DNA of 64,000 nucleotides. Origin: Magallana gigas (lineage: Eukaryota). Under the pieces are notes generated by a model. That model was given only the letters and a program-made list of their open reading frames with translations, was not told the origin of the DNA and did no database searches. Location: contig NC_088856.1 of assembly GCF_963853765.1 (NCBI RefSeq), positions 28,582,001-28,646,000 on the forward strand, given 5' to 3'. Positions 12,520 to 22,700 of this stretch are shown here, one piece after another. Positions within the stretch are counted from its first letter, which is position 1; each line of letters starts with the position of its first letter. Both the position numbers and the translations under genes were made by a program.

Positions 12520-13910
12520 TTGTCTAAATACGAGCGTCCTTCACAACGGGTTTTTATTTTCTATGCTCATGCGTACATGCACTGTATTTGTTTAGATCTA
12601 TCGTCGTCAAGAAGCAACACTTCTTTATATTGATTTGTGTTAAACTGTGTACGTGTACCATAATTTCAACTCTTTCTGTTTGATATATTTAAAAAGTTCA
12701 CATATTTCAAATGCAAGTACCTTAGCTCTGAAAAGCGAATTGTTGGCCAATATTTGTTAAAATTCAAAATGGTTTATGAATTTCTTTTGATAGATTTTTT
12801 TTCTTATGCAATTCAAAATAATCTTATATGTTAAAAGGCACTCATTAACCTGATTTGCACAGTCATGACCCTATTAACACTTTTATATAACGTCAATAAG
12901 CTCTGATTTATTGTTTATTGTTATTCAATAGATCTGTTTAATTATTGACTATTTAAAATGTTAATAATTTATATAAAGATAGAAGAATATACAGTTCAAT
13001 CGTTTAAGTGCTGTGTCTTTTTTTATAGACGCTTTGCAAGACAGTTGTATTCTCGGAATCAATTCATTTACTAGTTTTTTGAAATGCAGGTGCAAAAAAC
13101 TCATTTGTTATCCATAAATATTTCTTTAATTTCAGACCAGGGAAAACATTCATAATTATCCAGAAAGTTATACATGTATCTATGTAAANNNNNNNNNNNN
13201 NNNNNNNNNNNNNNNNNNNNNNNNNNNNNNNNNNNNNNNNNNNNNNNNNNNNNNNNNNNNNNNNNNNNNNNNNNNNNNNNNNNNNNNNNNNNNNNNNNNN
13301 NNNNNNNNNNNNNNNNNNNNNATTTCTGATTGTTTTCGAGTTCAAAGTGGTGAAAGGAAAAAAGTACGTATATTTATCTATTTGGTTTTCTCAGAAGAAA
13401 CTGACTTGATAAAACTAAAAATTTCTACAGATATAAGGCATATATTTTAACTTACAAATTCATTTGACAGAAATACTCTCCGTCCTTACAACCATGAGCG
13501 CACTTAACAACATAATTTTAGTCTCTTTTCACATGCTCGTATGCACTGCGTTTGGTTAGATTCGTCGTCGTCAAGAAACAAAAGACAACTTCTTTATATT
13601 GATTCGAATTGAACTGTGTACATCTACATGTACCATGATGTTTACTCTTTCTATTCAATACTTACACAACAATAATTTAAATGCAAGTAACCAGTTTAAA
13701 AAGTGAACTGTGGGCCAATATCATTTCCAAATGATTTTTAAATTTAATTTATTTTTCATATGCAATCCAACGTAAATCAATATGTTGAAAGGCATTCAGT
13801 AAACTGAATTCATATTGATTATTGCGCGGTCATGACGCAGTTGATTCTGTTTTTAAACATCGACACGGTCTGGTTTATCGATTAAATGCTATTCAAGTGT
13901 TATGTTCAAT
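12520..13910. repeat. Diverged direct repeat of ~440 bp (12520-12960 and 13470-13910)
   Basis: Collinear shared blocks, e.g. TCGTCGTCAAGAA, CTTCTTTATATTGATT, AAATGCAAGTA, GGCCAATAT, ATATGTT(A/G)AAAGGCA, GTCATGAC. Roughly 70% identical by eye; the two copies lie on either side of an N gap. Confidence 0.75.
13189..13320. other. Assembly gap (others at 17172-17311, 20691-20860, 25190-25340)
   Basis: Runs of N. Confidence 1.
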
Positions 13911-15265
13911 AAACGAGAATTTAAAAAAGTTTGTTTACAAAGTGAAGTGCATGGTGTATGCATCTATGTAAAGATACATAAATGTAAATTGATTTCCCAT
14001 TTTTCTTTTAAGGTGGAAGGCTACATCGTCACAACATGTCTGACTTCCGTTCGAAACGCCATTGTGTTCCGGATTGATAACATGTCGAGGTACAAAATAG
14101 CTATACACCGTTTAATCGAACTCTTCTAACTGAGGAGAAGAGATTTGAATGAAATCACCAAAACGCTTAGAAAATATGTCAATTTTCTTCTTGTTTAAAG
14201 CTTTTAACTAACATTGATTATCAGCTGTTTTGTACGGAAAACGTGGAATCTAAAAAATATACCGTTTCCCTGCTCTGCTGCTATTGGCAAAACATTTTTG
14301 TCATGTCATCTGCAACAGACGATCATACATATGTGGCGGATTATCGATATAGGTAAGCAGATGTCAAATTTTCATTTAAATTATATATGCCTATGATGAA
14401 TATAAAACGAAAGTACCGTAGTGCGATCTTTTGAATTGATCCTAACTTCCCAAATTAAAAAAAACATTTGCAGTAAAAGACTTTCACTGAAACTTTGACA
14501 TTAAACTAATGTATTTTGATTAAAATAGATACAGCTAGAGGTGTAGCAATAGCAGTGGAAGCCCGCAAGCCAAATGAGGGAAAGACAGAATTCTGAAAAG
14601 GAGCATGTTTTTCATTTCCACACATGCATGTGTATCACTATGGACATCTAATGTATGTATTAATATGCGTATGGTTGTTGTGTATGATTGCTATTGTATA
14701 TAAAAAAGTAAAAGGCAATTTATAATATAATTAACTACTAGTATTCTGTTCTGAAGAGTTAAATATATATAGTGCATTCATCAATAATATAATTTTTCAG
14801 CTTCAAACATTATCATAAGCACTACTTATCTTATATCTACATATTTAGCATAGACTTGTTCCTTTTTTTAATTTTTCTTCGTGATTTTTATTAATTAAAA
14901 AATTGATCCCAAGATATTTGAGACCATGTAAAATAAAGAAACACAACTCTTAAACAGGATCTTTCATTCCAAGATTTTTGCAATAATTAAGTATTTCCTT
15001 TAATTTTTCAATTTCATTCAATTTCTTTTCTTCATCCCATTCACCAACGAATATTGTTTATATTTTCAGGTTTTTGTGGGATTTTGTCCAGCAGTTTGCC
15101 TTAAAAGAATTTTTTTTATATTTTAGTTTCATGTTTATGTGGATTCCAATAAAAATCATACAAACTTCATTCATGATCTTTTGTTTTTCATTTCTAAACT
15201 TAATAACATTTCACTTTCATAAGAATTTTAAAACAGAAATGTTTAAAATTTTGATACATAATTAA

Positions 15266-15418
15266 GGGGTTATCTGGAACCAGACTGATATTTTAAAAAT
15301 TCTCTAGAAAATAGTGTATTGTAGTTTGAGGTCTATTATTGTTGAATACTGTGCCTAGTATTGGTAACAAATGCATGCAACAAAAATCTCCTACACTTAT
15401 TTGGTGTATAGATCCACC
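15266..15418. mobile_element. Short TTAA-flanked MITE (Kolobok-like), degenerate TIRs
   Basis: TTAA|GGGGTTATCT...AGATCCACC|TTAA. GG..CC termini with TTAA on both sides; the TIR match is poor. Confidence 0.4.
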
Positions 15419-15648
15419 TTAACCATGGTACATGTATACTTGTTTTAAAAAATTTCTTAATTTGTATTTAACAGTTAACACAAAACTAAATGCATTATAT
15501 ATGTGTTCAATCACTCGATGTCAGAGTAGCAATTCATTTTAAAGTATTTAATCCTTTTAAACGTGTCTTTTAAGACGTGTATTTACATAATTCGTTCATA
15601 TAAAAGTTTTTGAAATGTAGATGCAAGAAAATTACTTAATCGGTTTGT

Positions 15649-15651
<3 letters not shown>

Positions 15652-15707
<56 letters not shown>
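15652..15707. repeat. (GA)n microsatellite (others at 34891-34947, 42157-42239, 42685-42732, 58050-58099, 58763-58802)
   Basis: Direct reading of dinucleotide runs. Confidence 0.95.
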
Positions 15708-15709
<2 letters not shown>

Positions 15710-16714
15710 AGCCTTGCCAGAGAGCTTGTCTAGACTCGGTTAATTAAACAATATTTATATTATCAACCATTCTACACGTGGTTGAACACGAACGATAACT
15801 CGGTTCTGAATATCATCGTTAAATTTAAAAATCCACTAGATGGTGAAATAAGACATACATCTTAAAAGATGATGATATTTTAATATAAATCAAAGTAGAA
15901 TATGATATGAAAATCGACCAGTAATTACGTATTTTGAGAGTATTATCCGAACACTTATACTTACGCTCAAAATTTCTTTGAGAGGGTTTATATAGGCTTT
16001 GCCTGTTGCCTAATCCATTTGATTACTCAATAAAATATGTTTAAATTTACATTATAAAAAAAATCACAGGAACTGAACAAATCTCGGTGAAGTCTCGTGA
16101 ACTTTCATTCGAGCACCTCTGGATTTATTACACACTTACCAACGATAAAGAAAACATTCCGAGCACATTCGCAGGGGTGAATGTGAAACAACAATGCAGA
16201 TTTTGAATTTGTAACTGCTCTGCGGGTATAAACGTCACATTTTCAGGGGTGAGGAATTTCAAAAGCCAGAAAAAATAGAGGATATTTTAACGTTTTTAAC
16301 AAACTGAAACATGTGCATAAAGTAAACGACTCCTATTCATATGTATATATAGAAAAGATAAACAAAACAGACGTTGCGCTTTGTGGTTGTTGTGGTTTTT
16401 TTTTTCGAAACACCAACTCATTAAATGTTCGTGTATAACATAATTTTATGGAAAGACTACCTTAATACTTGTGTAACATTTATGTATGTTACACAATCAT
16501 ATAGTACATTCTTTCATTCGTTTTTAACGTTGGTTTTATTTGCCCATCTGTATTAACATTTAATAAAATTCCATACATGAAAGCATTTGGAACCCAAACA
16601 AAATATGGTAAGTTGGGATAACAATTTACACGATTTACATGAATCATATTTACAAAGATTGTTCCTGTTATTATACTCTGTTCCGAGTTGTTTGCTTCCA
16701 CCACTGTTTGCTTG

Positions 16715-17115
16715 ATATTTCGATAATCATAAATACCTTTGTGCTCAAACTACGTTCATCCGCTAATTTGAAAAATGTCCAGATTATCTGTTTTGAAAGC
16801 CCCCCTCTACCGTTTCAGGTTTCAATACACGTCCAAAAATAGAAAGTCTACGGGGAATTTGCATTGCATCAGCCATTAATAAGCCCGGATGATAACGTTG
16901 AAAAATTGCTTGAGGTATCCCGAGTACCTCCGAATGGAGAAAAGATGTAAACATTTCCCAATTTAAATCTCCGTAAGAAATTTGTTTTCGTTCCTGTGAA
17001 CTTTTATGAGTGAAAAATGATAAGTGTTCAATGAAGATATCTTGGATATATTCCCTTTTATCGATAACAACTGTTATTCTTTCACATGAATGTGTATTTT
17101 TATTAAAAATCATGA
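16715..17115 (+). repeat. Dispersed repeat, inverted copy at ~41415-41825
   Basis: Shared reverse-complement blocks CCCGGATGATAACGTTGAAAAATTGC, CCGAATGGAGAAAAGATGT, TTTCGTTCCTGTGAA and TGTGTATTTTTATTAAAA. Probably a TE fragment. Confidence 0.75.
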
Positions 17116-18283
17116 CGATCGTACAACCTAAGATACCGTAATACGTATATGTATATTAGCTTTAGGAGACCNNNNNNNNNNNNNNNNNNNNNNNNNNNNN
17201 NNNNNNNNNNNNNNNNNNNNNNNNNNNNNNNNNNNNNNNNNNNNNNNNNNNNNNNNNNNNNNNNNNNNNNNNNNNNNNNNNNNNNNNNNNNNNNNNNNNN
17301 NNNNNNNNNNNTATTCCCTATACTTAATTGGTTATTCTTCCATAAAATGTTTAAATGTTGTTAGCAAGCATAATTTTATATTCATTTTACAAGCTGAAAT
17401 CTCAATCGCCCTGAGAAGAGTTAATTTAATTTTTTGGGCACTATTCTCTTTCCTTTATCTGACAGACAGATCTAAAGATATAATAGTCTGTGTACTAGAT
17501 TGCTTCAAACTAAATTTCATAAATAACATATAGTGCTTTCATGCTATTCATATGAATCAAGGCTAGGACAACGAAAAAATAGTACTATTTCCATTTGAAG
17601 TGTAGAGTCATTTCTAAGTTATTCAATCGTGATTATTTATCTTTATAGTTAGAACATAAACAATTTCAAACGTTTCCATCAAATATCAATTGTTTGATCT
17701 AATACACTAAAACTTTTATTTTTTTATTTTTTGCTCTTTTCTACTGGCATGTAATTGCAAAGACAGCCAACATTTGACAACACTTCGCAAGTACAATTGA
17801 AAAACATCAAACAGTAAAAGAAATCCAGAAGAAATTGGTTATATTTCAGTCATGTTTTCAAATCCGATCGAATATTAATATTAACAAAGTATCATGGCAA
17901 TCATCTGTGTTTATTAAAATATTAATTATGAATGTGAAAAAACTACTTTCATCATTTGTTCATAAATGTTCCTCTTTCACGTGACTTTCTTCTCTGGTGA
18001 CTAGGAAATTTATCACAAAAATGACATCGTATATAAAAATGAAGTTCACAAATGTGTACATGTAGGTCATGGTAATTATAAGATAAAAATAACTGTAAAA
18101 AATGTAGCAAAAATAAAATAATTAGAAAATAATACAGTATTTCAAATATGTCAAATACTTGTTTCAATACGAAAAACGTCCGGTGCTCATTAACAACGAC
18201 AAAGTACACGTATGATGAACGTATGCAACACTAGTATTTAAAATTATTAACATCTTCAATATTACATTGCTCTGTTTTAATTA

Positions 18284-18492
18284 CTGTATACAGGGTTATT
18301 TTCGCCCCGTGTTATTCTCGCCCTTCTACACTTGCAAAAGATTTCGCCCCGTCTTGAATTCGCCCAGACATAGGTTTGTTTAAAGAGATTATTTTAGACA
18401 TTGGCATTGTCCCTGTCTTAAATTCGCTCGCAGACAACGAGGGCAATATCCTAGCAAAAATAAAACAGGGGCGAATATTTCCCTCTATACAG
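18284..18492. mobile_element. MITE, 209 bp, TA TSD (second copy 28250-28456 inside duplication copy B)
   Basis: TA|CTGTATACAGGGTTATTTTCGCCCC...GGGGCGAATATTTCCCTCTATACAG|TA, with internal TTCGCCC repeats. Confidence 0.85.
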
Positions 18493-19169
18493 TAATAAGT
18501 ATGGAATCATAATTGAAATTGACAGAATTTTTCCGAATTGCCTTAGCGCAGCACCATTGATATGAACCATCAAATAAAAAGATCAATCAACAATACAACT
18601 ATATAATCGACTGAAACAATCGATATATCGATTAATCAATCAGTCAGGAAATCTACAAAATATCTATACACAAATATATCACAGTAAGTTAGTTGTGTCC
18701 AATAAATATTTGAATGTTTTACATTATTAAATCGTAACTCCTCCCCCCTTTCCCTCGTTTGTTAAATAATTTTTCCCCGAGAGGCGACGGTCAAACATGG
18801 TTTACCACACGCAAGCATGCAGAGTAAAAACACAGTGTATCAAGGAATGTTTACACTAATTGACTCTATGACTTTGATTACTAATGATTTTATACAAAAA
18901 TACCCAGTTACAAAATTAACGAGTAAAGAAAATGGTAAATATTAACAAAAACAATTTTGCATGCATTTTGAAGTTTCTTTGACTGCACAATGCATTAATA
19001 ATTTTCCTAAGATTTCTTAAATGAATCTGGTTATACAGATTTGAAAATGGTTTTCATGTAGCCTTATATATGTGTGTTTAAACAAACTTAATATTGTTAA
19101 TATCATAAGAGGTAGTGCTCTATCACCTATAAACTCTATGTTTACGTCAGCAGCGTGACGTCACCGTTG

Positions 19170-19250
19170 TCAAGATGGGATTGGTTGTCCGATCGTGTGC
19201 ACTTGACCGTGACGGAGTGTGAAGAATTTCTCTCTGTCGATTTTCTTTTT
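19170..19250 (-). pseudogene. NAPEPLD: Orphan copy of NAPE-PLD last-exon 3' part
   Basis: Encodes [26 protein letters not shown], identical to the end of the intact gene apart from one synonymous change. It lacks the splice acceptor and the first 14 codons of the exon. Confidence 0.9.
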
Positions 19251-19741
19251 CAATGGTGCAATAACAAGTACACCAGATTGTTTATCAAAACAGCATGCAC
19301 TCGTTAAAAATAAGATAAGAGATCGTGTGACGAAAAAATCCCGACTTTTGATAGCACGATATACTATAAAATATGTATTTATTTATCAATGAATTTATGG
19401 ATAAATTCATTCAGATTAATATTACAGTTGTTTAGTACGCTACAATCACAAAAGCGATAACTGGTCCAAGGAACCGTCATGAATGCGAAAACAAGATTTC
19501 TAAGGAGCACTTGAAATAGTTGTACTATGTTTTATATATAAAATAACTTAATAGAAAGAAAGATAAGGAGTCAACCATCTATACTGTCAAATTCTATGAG
19601 GACATATTTTGATAGATATAAAATACGATGAAGAAAATAACGTAATTTTAAGCCGAAAACCAATACCAACAATGGGAAGGAAAAATCTACAAAAATGTAA
19701 CAAACTTAACAAATTGAATCAACCAATCAAGCACATTTTAT

Positions 19742-22700
19742 TTATTCAGTATGCAGTGGGGTATAGTAGCAGTACATGAGGTGCTGGTTCCTTACATATC
19801 CAGTTCCCATTGGGTGTTTCCCGGTCGCATAGTTCTTATTCCTGGTGTCCTCATCATCAAAATATACGGACTCTTCTCTGACGTACATTCCTTTTACCAT
19901 CTGACAAGGGGACGTAAATCTCAGCAGGTAAAATGGGTGAGCCGTTGGGAGAAGAATTTCCGTGTTGTACCGACCATCGTTCCTGAGAAAAGATAAATAT
20001 CATGAAATAGCACTTTTCTTAAAACTTACCAAGACCGACCAAGTTCATATCCAAATGAACTCTTTTAACATTTCTGTGTTTTTCTTCTATTAAAATATCA
20101 TATTTACAAAAAAAATTTATAAGACAAAGAGCTCGCAGTCAAAATGGACTTTAAAATGGGAATGAAGAAAAACATGAATCAGTGTATTGCTTAAAAATTA
20201 TAAATCAATTGCAAGGTAAAAAAGCATTCACAAAATAGGGATTGGAGTAATATCATTTTTTCTAAATTTGATGATTTGTGCTATTGATTGTTTTAAAATT
20301 TGCCCCAAGGAAAGCAATCGAAATTTACGCCAAAAATACACATTAAGCCGATATAAAAAGAAAGTACGTCGAATAATTGCGACGGTGCCCAAATCCCCCT
20401 TTAAAGAAAATTCGGTCACTCACTGATGAATAATTTAATTTTGTGGGAGCCAATTTTCGTGGATTGTGGGGTTTTTTGGTCATTCAATGGAATATAACTT
20501 CCTCGAATGATTCTATTTTTATTTTCAACAGAAAAAATTAATTTTTTAATTAGTTTTCGTCAAGGATGTAAATTTGTAGGATGGAGCGCTACCCAAGAAC
20601 ATCTCGAAAATTGGGCCAAAACAAATTATAATGATTCCACAGTAATTTTAAATGCAATTTTAATTTTAAAAAAAAACCAACATCTCCGATNNNNNNNNNN
20701 NNNNNNNNNNNNNNNNNNNNNNNNNNNNNNNNNNNNNNNNNNNNNNNNNNNNNNNNNNNNNNNNNNNNNNNNNNNNNNNNNNNNNNNNNNNNNNNNNNNN
20801 NNNNNNNNNNNNNNNNNNNNNNNNNNNNNNNNNNNNNNNNNNNNNNNNNNNNNNNNNNNNCATGTATTGCAACTACATGTAACACTTTGTCGGATAATAA
20901 TGCCAGTTCCAAGGTGACATTTTTACATCCGTCTAAGCTGCATATTCTGCAAAATTCAACTTTGCCATAAAATAGACCATTGCTTGAAGAGTAACCAGCC
21001 ACCTTTGTTATCCTTGTATCTCACCTGTCAGGTAAGATACTAACTTTTCAAAAATAATTTTTTACGGTAGAATAATTTTTCCCAAAGGAAAAACAATATT
21101 CCTATGGTAAATTTGAAATTTCCTATCGGAATAATAGAATCATTCGTTATTACGAGTGTGGTATAGTGAAATTCCACCGATGGGACAAGATTCACGGTCT
21201 AGGACGAGGCTTTGCCGAGTCCTAGACCGTGAATCTTGGCCCCGAGGTGGATTTCACTATCCCACACGAGTATATAATGAATGATTACTTTTCTCGCATT
21301 ATATTACCTTAAAAAATGATGTTTGACAACTTTCTGTTTTGACGTTCAAAAGATTACTTTCGGTTTATCCCTCCGCGTGCTTCAAATAGTGCAAGTCAAA
21401 ATGAGAGCATACGACAGTTTTTTAATTAAAAATATGATAAATTGTAATTAATTAAGCAACACAATTACTTAATGGATAATCTCAATGCACCATTTTGCAT
21501 TTCCCTACAGCAGACAACGTTTGTTTACGTTTTAAAACGGCTTAGTAATACACAGTGTAAGACAGAAAAATCTCACACTGCTGTCTCACACCGGACAAAC
21601 CGATCTCACACCGGTGCTAATGCGAGAATACAATATCTCTGATACGATTTGATAAAATCCGATAGGAAATCTACATTTCCTTCAGGAAAACTATCTGTCT
21701 CAATCAACTTCCGACAGGAAATACTATTCTCCTATAGAAAATATAATTACCATAGGGTTTTTCATAATATCCTATAGGATTGTCAATATTTCCTGTAGGA
21801 GTGTCATTTCTCCTATGGGAATTATCATTTTCTTATTGGATATAAATTTTTAAAGATAAATATCTCACCTGTCAGGTAAAACTCGCTAAAAACAAAAGTG
21901 GTAAGCAAAAGTGGTTTTATACCCTTTAGACAATGGTTTATTATTTAGCATCTATGGTTTTTCCCAGAAATGTATCTTAAACAGGTGCAATAATGTCACC
22001 TTGGCAATGGTATAATTATCCGGCACAGTATTATATACGGAATTGAATAAAACGATTTTAAAAAGTTTTAATTGGTGGTGTGCGTTCGTTTAATATGCAT
22101 TTACACACCTGCAGCAGTAATAGATATCGGTGTTTCTTCCAAATGAACCCCTTGGTAATATTCCTCCATGCGAGTTTTTATTTAACGCATCTTCGTCGTC
22201 CCAATGAACATGACCAGATTCAAATCCTTTTAAGAAATCACATTATTTATAATCAGTGAATTGATATCTACATATTTATTGCGATCATACATCATTAAAT
22301 CTTCTTGATTTAATTTAAACAGGACTGCTTTGCGACGATATTATTTCCTAACTTTGCAAATCCTAAATATATTTACATTAGGAATACTGGAATTAAAAAT
22401 CGGTGACACTTAAAACTAAATCAGAAGATCTCCTTGGGCCATATCGCTCACCTGAGCAACAATAGCCATAACAAAATCACTTTCATGGAGCTATAAACAG
22501 ACTAATGAAGTAAAATAGGTCCTGAAATTTTATTTTCAAAAATTCTAATTTGCTTCCAGATAATCTTATGTTAAACATCAATCATCTTCTTGTAACAGGA
22601 TGAATTTATAGTTTTATCACAAATCAAGCATTAATGTCCTCAAAACAAAAGATCTCAAACAACTGTTCATATTAGGGATATGAATTAACATCAAACGTTG

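Larger units (their letters stand above)
16200..19256. repeat. Segmental duplication copy A (copy B ~26150-29318), including NAPE-PLD 3' end and downstream flank
   Basis: 18500-19250 is nearly identical to 28460-29224; 17450-18280 is clearly homologous to 27340-28250; 16200-16620 is more weakly homologous to 26150-26560 (e.g. CCATACATGAAAGCAT.TGGAACCCAAA). Confidence 0.9.
20885..22028. mobile_element. MITE with ~50-bp TIRs hosting nested insertions (ApeC intron 4)
   Basis: Left CTTTGTCGGATAATAATGCCAGTTCCAAGGTGACATT versus right AATGTCACCTTGGCAATGGTATAATTATCCGGCACAG|TA. Confidence 0.75.

Noticed and set aside
15959-15994. Minus-strand TATATAAA plus GTAAGT donor as the promoter of a second ApeC-like gene
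   Set aside because: The donor is only ~23 nt from the TATA box, leaving no room for an exon, and I found no ApeC exons downstream.
20507-21002. ORFs spanning N gaps (also at 13.1, 17.1 and 25.1 kb)
   Set aside because: Their length comes from untranslatable N runs.
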